Below, piece by piece: positions 50,831 through 62,195 of a DNA stretch of 64,000 nucleotides (within the stretch, counting starts at the first letter, position 1; each line of letters begins with the position of its first letter). The notes below the pieces were generated by a model that was given only the letters and a program-made list of their open reading frames with translations, did no database searches and was not told where the DNA came from. The stretch spans positions 33,852,001 through 33,916,000 of the forward strand of contig NC_043015.1 of NCBI RefSeq assembly GCF_006345805.1, given 5' to 3'. A program made the translations under genes and the position numbers. The stretch is from Octopus sinensis. Lineage: Eukaryota.

Positions 50831-52731
50831 TAAAGAAATTCGTTGATAGTTTGTAAATGGCATTTTGTTACCTTTTTTTGAAAATCAGAATAACTTTAAT
50901 ACTTTTTAATGAGTCTGGAAGAACACAAGTTTGGATGCATTGATTTGCAGCCATAAACTTTCTGAACAGGATTCTTGTTTGTGACTCACGAGTCTTTTAT
51001 TTACACCTGATTTGATTAATAACTTCATTTACTACATTTATGTTTATTAAATTAATTTTGAACATTACTTTTCTAATTTGCATAATCACTTTATCTAATC
51101 AACTACTTAATTACTTTTTAATTGGGCACATTGAACTTGATATATAATGAAATGTATTTGCATGCGCATCTGTGTGTGTGTGTATAGACACACTCTCTTG
51201 TACGTATATTCCTAGATTCCTATTGATATGTAATTCAGTTTTCACTCAATTTTACGTCCATTTTTCTATGCTTGCATTCCTAACCCTTTTTCCCTTAGGG
51301 CTTCCTTAGGAATCCTACACAAATTTCTGGGCTCCACTGTTTGTAAAACAAGGGAATCACACCAAAATTTAGAAAATAATTTATTGAATAAAAATAAATA
51401 AATTTTTCAACATAGTAGACATAATTACTCAAGAAATGCATGAAATTAAAGATCATTCTAATGAGGGTAAGAGGCTATTGCTTTCCAAAGTTGGGGGGGG
51501 GGGCACAGCCTGAAAAATCTGAGAAGAATGGTCCCAGAAGGACATAAGACCCTGGAGCTGAACAGGTGACATCCTAATAAGGACAGATTTGGTTCAGACA
51601 TTTCACGATTCATCATGTGCTGAGTTACCCCCACCCCCACCCCATTTAAGTTCATCTGGTGGGTTAATTTTATCTGATCTTAAAATGATTCATAATCTGT
51701 TTATTGATTCATGGAAGCACTTATGTCTAAGTCTTTACGAAGTATTGATGTAACATCATAGTTGTGGATCAGAGACATTCTTTGCACTTATTTTGGTTGC
51801 GATACCCTTGCTCTGTTTGTCATAATTTCTCTCATTCACCTCTCTCTTGCTTCTCTGATCAGCATATTTCATAGCCACTCACTTCTGCAAATTATGAATA
51901 TCATTGTAGTTGCATAAAATTTCTAGAATCATTTGATGTTAGAAATGGTTTCTCTATCGATTCTGATTTATGGTCTTATAATTGAAGGTTAAAGCGTCAA
52001 CTACTGTGTCTTGATTGATCTTGTTTTTTCTTACCAATACCCTTCTGTGATATTTTCTAAGTACTTATCAATACTTTACTATTACAATACTATTCTTCAA
52101 TTTGCCAATTTTTTCTTGTGTTCCCCAAAATAATTTTACCCATGGTTTCTCAGCTGCAAAAATAAGGTTGGCATTATTCAGTGGAATATTTAAGGTATGG
52201 CTTCAATACATCTCTGTAAAACCTGTCTTTACCTGTGTGCTTCAACTGCACATCTACATTATCAAATGAAAGCCTGAGGAGGAGCAAACTGAATTACAAA
52301 AAAACACTTGAATTCCACTCATCCAGATAAGAAAGATAAGCTCTTGAATTTCTTCATAAACCTCTGTGGAAATTTTGAGAAAGGGCCAAAATTGAAGCTA
52401 ACAGTTAAATGTCACAGACATTAGAAAAGGGGTTTGTTGCATCATAGAAAATTTATAAGCTGATTGCTAACACTAGAAATCATCACAACATTGGTGAGTT
52501 TTCCTGGCTTCATTGTCATATCTGCCTTCATGAATTTGAGTTCCAGTGAAACAATTCAGGTAATTCCTTTGTGTAATTCCATTGTTGTCAGAAGAATTGA
52601 TGAGATGATATGTGGTACTGAAGAGGGATCAGTTCAGTTCAGTAGTTTTCTCTTGACAAAATTACTTTGCAAGGTAACAATGCATGCACACATACATCTA
52701 TCTATATATCTTTCTACACACACACACACAC

Positions 52732-52893
52732 AAATATAAATCAGAGGAAATACCCTTAACTGGATTCCTTGTATGCTAAAAATAGACGCCAAACTGTCCT
52801 ACCATGAAAAATGTGTTTTGTGGCAGGATGGTTTGATGTCTATTTTTAGTATACAAGGAATCCACTTAGTGGCTTCTCCACTTATTTATATTT
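52732..52893. repeat. About 160-bp near-perfect hairpin (MITE-like)
   Basis: tggattccttgtatgctaaaaatagac pairs with gtctatttttagtatacaaggaatcca. The arms extend to aaatataaat/atttatattt, and the loop is only a few nt. Confidence 0.9.
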
Positions 52894-53118
52894 AAATATA
52901 ATTATATATATATATATATATATATTATATAATTAAGGATAAAATCATTATAGAGTTCTTATCTAGTGGCCAGCATGAAATAAAGACCATATAGGTAACA
53001 ATTAATACTAATATATAATTATAAAGACATAATTATAATAAAGAGTGATGATAAACAACACCAACAAGCTAGAGATAGATGCCAAACCACACTAAAACCA
53101 CATCTTGTACTCTGCTAG

Positions 53119-53164
<46 letters not shown>

Positions 53165-53166
<2 letters not shown>

Positions 53167-53525
53167 TGCAGGTGTGGCTTGTGGTAAGAAGCTTGCTTCC
53201 CAACCACATGGTTCCAGGTTCAGTCCCATTGCATGACACCTTGGGCAAACGTCTTCTACTACAGTCTCGGGCTGACCAAAGCCTTGTGAGTGGATATGGT
53301 AAACAGAAACTGAAAGAAGCCCATCATATATATGTATACATTTGTGTGTCAGTGGTTGTTGCTCCACCACTGTTTGACAACCAATGTTGGTGTGTTTACA
53401 TCCCCGTAACTTAGAGGTTCGGCAAAAGATATCAATAGAATAAGTACTAGGCTTAAGTCCTTGTTCAACTAAAGGTGGTGCTCCAGCATGGTCACAGTCA
53501 AATGACTAAAACAAGTAAAAGAATA
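53165..53525 (+). mobile_element. SINE family A
   Basis: Head and tail motifs as in the other copies. Confidence 0.87.
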
Positions 53526-53671
53526 ACAAGAAATATTACAATAAGTAATAACTTTAAATTTAGGTGTACACCTTGTAATATGCTGTTTAAAGCCCATTCA
53601 CTGTATTCACCGACCTGATGCCATCATCAGTACGGATTTAAATGCCACTGGATTTACTTCCTTGATGTCTG

Positions 53672-54366
53672 TAGAGTAAAAGTAAATGGAATTCATGAGA
53701 CTCTTTATTAATCACTACGATCATTTCAACTCATTGTGCATTGGGCCCTCATGGGTGAAATTCTGTATAAATAGTTGTGGCGCATCATTCGGTGCAGATG
53801 TGTCTTGTCAGGTGACTTGTTCAAAGGTACCTTGTCTTTTTGAATCTCTGTTTCACTTATTTCCATTAGAATACATTTTGGTAGTTGTCTGTAGCTACTC
53901 GCATACACAAGAAACTCGAGTTAAAATGAAGATTACTTCTTGTCTAAGTAATAAAGAACCACCTTGCAAGGAACCAAAAATAAAATAAGTATAGAATAGA
54001 TAAAGGAATCAAATAATATGCTCAGTGTAAAGCATATTATGTGATTCACATTTATTTTATACTTATTTTAGTTTTGATTCTTTGTAAGTGAATTTATTAT
54101 TTACAGAAGTGTTCTTCCTTTTAACTCGAGTTTCTTGTGTGTGTGAGAAGTTAAAGACAATAACTAAAATGTATTGAAATCGAAATAAGCAAAACGAAGA
54201 TTAAAAAAAAGGTACCTTTTGACAAGTCACCTGACAAGACACATCTGCACCAACGATGCACCACAACTATATGTACAGCATCTCACCCATGAGGGATTGA
54301 TGCATGATGAATTGAAACAATTGTAGTGACTAATAAAGAATCTCTGAATTCCATTTTCTTTCTCTC
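53672..54366. repeat. About 700-bp foldback palindrome with an 8-nt loop
   Basis: Centre ataatatgct-cagtgtaa-agcatattat (54013-54040). Blocks cacaagaaactcgagttaaaa and ggtgcagatgtgtcttgtcaggtgacttgt are mirrored exactly. Confidence 0.95.
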
Positions 54367-54635
54367 ATTTAATACATATATATATATATTTAACTAAATA
54401 GGAAATTGGAAATTTTTTGGTATTATTTCCAATTTCTTGTTTTGTTATACAAAAACTGTGCAAATAATATTTCCCTAATCCTCAATCATACAAAGTATGA
54501 ATATGCCCATAAGTGTTCTGTTGGGTCAGTTAAAGATTCAAATGTGGCTGAGGGACTGAAACAAAACATTGCAGTAAAATAGAGTGGAACACCTGTATGT
54601 AAGCCAAAACAAAATGAAAAAAAAAAATTTTTTTT

Positions 54636-54885
54636 CTCTAGTCTCAGCTCAGAGCTGTGGCCATGCTGGGGCACCACCGTTTTGCTACACTGTTATTACT
54701 AAGAACATCCTCTATGTGGCACTTGGTGAAGCATGGAGTTTGATATAGCTACCCTCATTTGCACCTCTTGCCGTGAGGTAGGTTCATCTGGGAAGAGGTC
54801 CAGCTTTGATTTAAAAACCCCTACATCTACTTTGTGCAAGTTCCTCAGACTCTTTGGGAGAATATTAAAAAGCTGTGCCCATGAT
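54636..54885 (-). mobile_element. CR1-group LINE 3' end
   Basis: AQLFNILPKSLRNLHKVDVGVFKSKLDLFPDEP..., then a tail ggtggtgccccagcatggccacag. Confidence 0.8.
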
Positions 54886-54889
54886 AAAA

Positions 54890-55770
54890 AGTAAACATTG
54901 TTCAAAGTAGATGTCCCATGGTTGAGACTACACATTTCGCTAATCATTTAAACAGTTGTTATGACTTAGTGGTAGTTGATAGTTTCTCAAAATGGCCTGA
55001 AATTTGTAAATGTAAAAAAAAAAATCTCCTCAACTGTGATAAATGTTTTACATGAATTGTTTGCAAGATTTGGCATCTCAGACAAGATAGTTTCTGACAA
55101 TGGGATGCAATTTGTGTCTAGCGAATTAAAAAAGTTTTGTGAAATGTTCACAGTAGAACAGGTAATAACTGCACCATGCCATCCCAGATCTAATGGATAG
55201 GCAGAATGCTTTGTCAATACCTTCAAAAGAGCCTTTAGAAAATCAAATAAGGAAGTCATGCACGAGGTAGCTCTACAATAATTTTTAAGAGTGTACTGTG
55301 TGGAACCAAATCCAAATGCACCAGCAGGTAGCTCACCTGCAGAGCTGATGCTTGTGAGGAAAGTAAAATGAGTCTTTCATAAATTGCTACCTGGCAAGAA
55401 AACAAAATGTTCCAGGGAGGACACAGCAAGATTTATTTAGATTTGGTGAAAAGGTGCATATGTGGGCATACAAGGATGGAAAGCAGAGTTGGGAAGATGG
55501 CATAATTACCAAATGCATAGCTAGCATGATGGGGTAAAAAGTGAAAAAGGCATACAAAAGAAACACAGGAACCAACTGAAAAAGAGATCTGTGGAAAGTG
55601 AGCAAAAGAAGCTGAAGGATACGTTCCAAGGACCAACGCCACTGCAGGTGATTGAACCCAGGTGTACAAGTGAGAGAAAAAGAAAACATACAAAGTTCCT
55701 GAAAATAGATGCCAAGTGCAAAAAATGTTTAATTGTATGAAAAAAAAAAACTCAAAAAAGAGAGGTGGGG
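54890..55770 (+). mobile_element. Gypsy/Ty3 LTR retrotransposon integrase relic
   Basis: PWLRLHI..LVVVDSFSKWPE...LFARFGISDKIVSDNGMQF...TAPCHPRSNG*AECFVNTFK...SPAELM (rve DDE core), with stops and frameshifts. Confidence 0.93.
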
Positions 55771-55823
55771 TTGAATAAAAAAAATTATTGCTAAATAAAA
55801 TGACACTTCCTGAGAAAAACTTA

Positions 55824-56032
55824 TGAGGGGAGATGTAGGGAATTAGTAATAATGGTACACCCCTCCCACGTGACAAATGGAATAACCTAGTCACTATAAG
55901 TAAAGAGAAGTATGTGAAGTATCAGAGTACATAGTAGGCAATCAGAGATAGACATGTCTTTACTGGCTTTACTAAGTATACTGTATACTGAAGTGGGTAT
56001 TATAACAATCCAACATTTTAAGGATTATAACA
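55824..56032 (+). mobile_element. Polypurine tract and probable LTR (TG...CA)
   Basis: gaggggaga is followed immediately by TGTAGGG at 55834, and the segment ends ...ttataaCA at 56032. No second LTR in the window to confirm. Confidence 0.5.
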
Positions 56033-57746
56033 GTGTGGCAATATGTGAAAGCATTCTCTACTTAGGCCTGGGTTGACCAAAGCAAAGTGAGGACATTTTG
56101 TAGATGGTAGCTGTTTGAAGCCTGTGTCAGCAATGCCCATGCAAGGTTTTTAAGTCAAGTGTGGCTTGCACAACACCACAATGACCCTCACCAGCAGTAC
56201 CAAAAAGCCCAAAGACAAGCAAAGTTCAAGATATCTGGATCAGTAGAGCAGCGAGTTTTATGTAAGAGTTACCTTCTGGAGGGATGCCTTGACAAAGACC
56301 AGGAGACCCACATTTTCAATGGGATTATTGAACCCTCAGATCTGAGTATTTTTGCATCCTGGCACATCATACATACATAAACACACACACACACTTACAT
56401 ACGTATTCAATTTTATAATGTTGCTTCTTCCCTCCCTTTTTATGTATTACTACCAATATCTTCCGCCTCCTTGGCCCATTACTATTCAGTCTTGTTGCAG
56501 ATTTTCATGGTCTGAAGCATAAGTCACAGATTCAAGTTGTAACCTACTGAGCACTTCCAACTGGTTAAGTCTGCATACACCAAGATGAAATGCTGCTAAG
56601 CTTTTCACCCAATGGTGCTAATGATTCTGCCAGCTCACCCACCTTCATTTCAATACACATATTAACATATCATTCAATCCAGAATGAAACGACTGGGCAT
56701 TGCGGTTTGAACTGGTAAAAACTGGTCAAAGCTGCTTGAAAATTGAGCTTGTTTTGGCAACAGTATTTTTTGGCATGGCAGACAAACACACACACACACA
56801 CTCTTGCATACGTACACAGAAATATACAGAAAGAGAGAAACGGAGAGAAAGAGAGGTGGGAGGCAGAGAGTGAGGAAAATGTTAGAATCTCTGATGTCAG
56901 ATAAGTTAGTAGGGAATCTGTGATGCTAAATATGCAGCACCAAAACAGCAATGCCAAGACGTCTCAAACCCGATTCAGCCAATAGCCATCATCTCAATAG
57001 ATATCAATATGATAGCAATCAGTCAATAATCAAGTCAATATTCATTATTTAACCAATAACAATGTCAATACCTTTCAATAACAAAACATCTTAGACGAGA
57101 TTCAATGTAATTTATGTCAACATAAAAATGTTTCTGTCAGCAAAATACTGTTTTGGCATCAGTTTATTATATCACCCTTACGTGAGTAACATAACCACAA
57201 TGGCTTACGATGATGGACAGTAAGATGCTGTGATTTATGACCTTCTACTTGAATTTGATTAAATAACACAAGAATTCCATTCAGTGAGGTTAAACAGAAT
57301 AGGTTCTCTCTCTTTCACTCTTGACTCTTCAATATATAACTTCCTAATCTCTCTCTCGGCCTTAGTTTTCTCCTTAATTCTTCAAGTAATTTCCAAATGA
57401 AATCTCTCTGACACCGTTAGCGCTCCTTCCCTCCCGTGTTCTCAAGTTGGCTACATATTTTTTTCTACTATCTCTTAAATTAACTCTTGCTTGTTTGCAG
57501 TGCACCCACCCATTCCCACCCCCCACCACCAATACCAGATATCTTTCTTCTCTCACTGGAAATCCCCCCTCCTTCACTGGTGGCATTCTTTATCATACCT
57601 GCAATTTCACCTCCCTTCTCTCTCTCTCTCTCTCCCTGGACAAATGCAACTAGTTGAGCTGCCCACCTACTTAATCCAACATTGTCATATTGATATTCAT
57701 ATTTGACTTTAGCTATTTTTATTTATTTATTTACTTATATCTGCAG

Positions 57747-57773
57747 GATTTGATGAAACTAGGTTACATGGAG
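57747..57773 (+). other. Candidate 27-nt microexon
   Basis: (ttta)n-cttatatctgcag | GATTTGATGAAACTAGGTTACATGGAG | gtgagc. Length is a multiple of 3 and two frames are open (DLMKLGYME or FDETRLHG). Confidence 0.35.
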
Positions 57774-58121
57774 GTGAGCCAAAGTGTTATTAAATAACAT
57801 GCAAACATGCATGCATGCATATATACCTACATACATACATTCGTTATGTGCAACAGAAAGATATTAGTTTGAATGAGTAATCAGTGTATCATACTCAAAG
57901 CAAGTACACCACTGAAGGCCTAATTGTGGTATTCATCTCAAGAAAGTATCTATTATATATGTACAGTGTTAAAAAAAAAAACACTGAAAATATATGCGTA
58001 GCACACAACTGACTTTTATTCAGACTGCTGGCTAATTGCAACATCAGGGATTTTTCAGTTACTTTTATTATTACATCAGTAATCATAGATTTTGTCTCAT
58101 CTTCCCATTGCTACAACATAC

Positions 58122-58166
58122 TTGCTACTGATGAAGCCCAAAGATGCAGAAATAAATATTTAGCAA
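58122..58166 (+). ncRNA. Relic minimal type I hammerhead ribozyme (Penelope-type)
   Basis: TTGCTA-CTGATGA-agcccaaagatgca-GAAA-t-aaat-a-TT-TAGCAA: 6-bp stem I, intact core boxes, tiny stem III, degenerate stem II. Confidence 0.55.
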
Positions 58167-58319
58167 AGCCACCATACATCCACGACTGATGAATTTCTGT
58201 TTTCAACATTGTATGAAAATAAGAGGTGCTTTCTTGGGAGGAATACTGCAGTTAATTAGACTTTAAATGATATATCTGCTTTAACATTGATATACACATT
58301 GCTTTCTCTCTATGTGTCA

Positions 58320-58675
58320 GCATCATCATCATCATCATCTTCAACATTTTAAGTCTACTTTCCAAGTCTACTTTTGCTTGCATGGATGAACAGATCTTTT
58401 CCAGCTCAGCATTATGCCACTTATTCTATCCCATTGTTATCCTCTTTGTCAGGTTCCGTATTCTGAGACCAGCCTTTACAATTTCTTGCCTTTTGCCTTC
58501 CACTCCCATAGGTTCCTTCCACTTGATATCTCTTTACACAATTGTCATTATATGTCTCTACCGGTGCAGTGTGCTCCCTTACACACACGATGTCCGATTC
58601 CTCTTTTGGCCAGTTTTCTTCTCAGCTCAGTTCTAATTTGTTATCCATCCACACCAACAACAGATGCTCAATGAG
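58320..58675 (-). mobile_element. Decayed RTE LINE 3' fragment
   Basis: ELRRKLAKRGIG...DNCVKRYQVEGTYGSGR...VKAGLRIRNLTKRIT, then a (GAT)n tail. Confidence 0.65.
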
Positions 58676-58990
58676 GCATGTTTGCCTAATTTCATTCTGG
58701 TATATAAAATGCAAAAAGGAAGAGAGATTTATATTCATGGTTTATATAAAGCATTCTCCAAAATATATTTTTATTCCCAATTTTTATCATCCAATCAAAT
58801 TATTATTCATATTCATATATGTATATATAAAATGGATTTGTTATTTCATGCTAGACATTAATTTACATTTGAATAAAAACTGGAAGGTGTTCAATTTAGT
58901 TATTCATCATGATGTTGTCAGTGTCACAATATCAATATGAATATTTGTCAAAAGAACTTTAACCGTCATTGTAACCATTTGGCATTTAAC

Positions 58991-59137
58991 AGGCATAGCT
59001 GTGTGATAAGAAGCTTGCTTTCCAACTATATGGGTCTGGGTTCAGTCCCACTGAATAGCATCTTGATACCTCTGACTTTGGGCTGACCAAAGTCCTAAGA
59101 GTGGATTTAGTTAACAGAAACAGAAAGAAGCTGGTCT
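58991..59137 (+). mobile_element. SINE family A 5' half
   Basis: aggcatagctgtgtgataagaagcttgc...gggttcagtcccactg...gaccaaag...gagtggattt. Confidence 0.75.
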
Positions 59138-59524
59138 TATATATATATACATACATATATTTATAGGTTATATTTTAAATTAAAGTTTAGATAGGAGACT
59201 TCAAAATGTGGTACCCAATCTTGTTTTGGATATGTCCCTAGTAGTGTGCCTCGAGAGCACATTCACCACATACGGTCACCAGGCATCATCTACGGTACTG
59301 CACTTTAGTCGCAGGGTCTATGTAAGGAATTCTTCAGTGCGCATTTATTATATTTAAATAATTGATTGGGAAGACAGAGTACACTGCTTACAGTACTGGT
59401 GCCCTAGTTCTCATAGCCAAATCATGGAAGCAAGATTAATGAAGATGATGATGATGATGATGATGGTGTGTTTGTGTGTGTGCACGTGCACATGCATGCC
59501 TGTGTATATGCATAATATCCCTTA

Positions 59525-59880
59525 CCTGTACTCTGGCTTCCATAGAAACACCTGTACTCTGGCTTCCATAGAAACACCTGTACTCTGGCTTCCATAGAAA
59601 CACCTGTACTCTGGCTTCAATAGAAACACCTGTACTCTGGCTTCAATAGAAACACCTGTACTCTGGCTTCAATAGAAACACCTGTACTCTGGCTTCCATA
59701 GAAACACCTGTACTCTGGCTTCCATAGAAACACCTGTACTCTGGCTTCCATAGAAACACCTGTACTCTGGCTTCCATAGAAACACCTGTACTCTGGCTTC
59801 CATAGAAACACCTGTACTCTGGCTTCAATAGAAACACCTGTACTCTGGCTTCCATAGAAACACCTGTACTCTGGCTTCAA
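59525..59880. repeat. 26-bp minisatellite, about 13.7 copies
   Basis: Unit cctgtactctggcttc(c/a)atagaaaca, with one variable site and no spacers. Confidence 0.97.
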
Positions 59881-60514
59881 GTAACTAAAATGACATGAAA
59901 CTTCTACTGGAATTCAAATATATTTTGTAGACCCAATATTCAGAGATCTTTGCTTAGTTTTCAGCTATAATTCCTAACCATATTCCTTGACAGATAAATT
60001 ACATAGAATACATTTAATGCTATCTGAGCAATATTTTGGACCATTAATTCACTTAGTCAACCATTAGAGGCATTTGAATATTGCATTTATGCCAAATATG
60101 GTATTTGTGTTTGGTTCATTACTCTAGAGTTAGAGTAAGAAATTCCAAACCTGCTGAAGAATAATTCCATGAGAATGAATATTAACAGCTGCAATAACTA
60201 TCAATATTCACAGAAGTAACGTATCTATGCTTCTAATTTTTACTAAAGTAACACATGGGTTGACTTCTTTCACTACTTAAGTTTTTATAACATATATTGG
60301 TTTCCTCATTCTCCAATACATATCATTGCAAAACTAACTCCCCCTGTCGTGATTCAGTGGCAAATTTTATGGCTAATCTTTTCTGCCAAAACTTGATGTT
60401 ATATTTTACTTGTAAAATTCTGTTCACATTCATCCCTTCATTACTAACCTTCACAGCAATCTTTATTGCTAACCTGCAAACCGTAACTTTATCTTTTATT
60501 TTACTGTTAAATAT

Positions 60515-60680
60515 TGATTTCAAATTTTGCCTCAAGGTCAGTCACTTCAAGTGAGGGGATAAGTTGATTACATCGACCTCAGCACTTATTTTATCAACTT
60601 ACAGTGGAATTTGAACTCAGGACATAAAAATGGATGAAATGGCGCTACACATTTTTTCCCTGTGTGCTAACGATTCTATT
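60515..60680 (-). mobile_element. SINE family B fragment within a degenerate ctttattgctaac repeat
   Basis: ggaatttgaactcagga...gtgctaacgattct. Both flanks (60300-60860) repeat ttgctaa(c/t)ct. Confidence 0.6.
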
Positions 60681-61319
60681 GGGCTTGGAGACTTAAATTT
60701 CACTGATAATCTTCACCATTTACCTTCATCATTTACCTTCATTGCTAATCTTTATTTTTATCTGTATTGCTAACTTTCATTGATAACCCACACTATGACT
60801 ATGAACCTTCATATTTTAAACTATCTTCGTTGCTAACTTTCATTGCATAACCATTACCATTTACCAGAGACAGTAACAAAAAGCATTAGCAACAAAGTGG
60901 ATAACATCAACTACAGAAACAGTAGCAACAGCCCCACTGGTAATATCTTGCAGGAGCAACAACAGGAACAAACCATGATGATCACCACCACCACCACCAC
61001 CATTAACAACAACAATAACACCAACAGCAGCAACCAGAACAGTATGACATCAACAGCTGGAGGAAGCCATTAAACAGGTATCTTAATTAAGAAACATTAA
61101 AAAAAAAATTATTGTTATATTGAAATATAAATTGAGAACTTGGTTCTGCTGCAACTCAACAATAAAGGACCCTCTTTCAATTAATTAACCTCATTAGAAA
61201 TAATTTCAAATTTTAAGGAAGAGAAATAACAACTTGAATCTTTACTGCTTTTAATCTGTAGCAGAGTTGACTTTTTATTATTTAGTTATTTAACATAAAA
61301 AAAAAAGAAGAAAAATCTG

Positions 61320-61530
61320 CCGGTGAGCTGGCAGAATTGTAGCTATGTTGGGGAAAATGCTTAGTAGCATTTTCTCCAGCTCTTTATGTTCTGAGTTCAA
61401 ATTCTGCTGAGATCAACTTTTTTTTTCACTCTTTTGGGGTTGATAAAATATAGTAACATTGAAGTTCTGGGGTTGATGTGACTTGCTCCCTCTCCTCAAC
61501 ATTTCTCCCTTATGACAAAATTAGAAAAAA
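61320..61530 (+). mobile_element. SINE family B
   Basis: cggtgagctggcagaattgtagc...gttctgagttcaaattctgctgagatcaacttt...ggggttgataaaa. Confidence 0.8.
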
Positions 61531-61559
61531 TTATTTAGTCCAAGACTTAAGAATGTTGA

Positions 61560-62195
61560 ACCAGCCCGTTTATGCATAACTTTTCCTTCTTTGGTCACTA
61601 AATTCTGCTTGCGAAGACCTGATGAGGCAAGTGAAATCAAAATCAAATTCTATGACTGGCATCCGTGCTAGCGGGGTGCAAAGAGCACCATCCAAGCGTG
61701 ATTGTTGACAGAGCAGCTAACCGGCTTCCGTGCCAGTAGCACATAAAAGGCACCATTCGAGTGTGATCATTACCAGCATCACCTTACTGGCACTTGTGCC
61801 CGTGCTAGTAGGGTGCCAAGAGCACCATCCGAGTATGATCATTGCCAGAGCAGCCAACTGACTTCCGTGCCGGTGGCACATAAAAGGACACCATTCAAGT
61901 GTGATCGTTACCAACATCGCCTTACTGACACCTGTGCCGGTGGCATGTGTAAAAAGATTCGAGCGAGGTCATTGCCAGTACCTCTTGACTGGACCCCATG
62001 CCGGTGGCATGTAAAAAGCACCCACTACACTCTCAGAGTGGTTGGCGTTAGGAAGGGCATCCAGCTGTAGAAACTCTGCCAAATCAAGATTGGAGCCTGG
62101 TGCAGCCATCTGGTTTGCCAGTCCTCAGTCAAAATCGTCCAACCCAAGCTAGCATGGAAAGCGGACATTAGACAATGATGATGATGATGATGATG
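61560..62195 (+). mobile_element. RTE 3' UTR (long form with internal duplications) and tail
   Basis: From about 61605 it is the reverse complement of 9177-9490, with duplicated modules (agagcaccatcc..gtgat..ttgccagagcagc and ggcacataaaagg.caccattc). Confidence 0.88.

Noticed and set aside
51270-51535. Possible hAT-type MITE
   Set aside because: Only one end is vaguely recognisable. No matching TIR pair or 8-bp TSD found.
53595-53640. Minus-strand ctgatga...gaata hammerhead-like motif
   Set aside because: The GAAA box is broken and there is no stem I pairing.
59525-59880. CRISPR-like array
   Set aside because: Units are contiguous with no unique spacers, there are no cas genes, and the context is eukaryotic. 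It is a minisatellite.
60843-61073. Q/T/N-rich 76-aa ORF resembling a low-complexity transcription-factor segment
   Set aside because: Made of (CAA)/(CAC) microsatellites, with no ATG start, domain or splice support.
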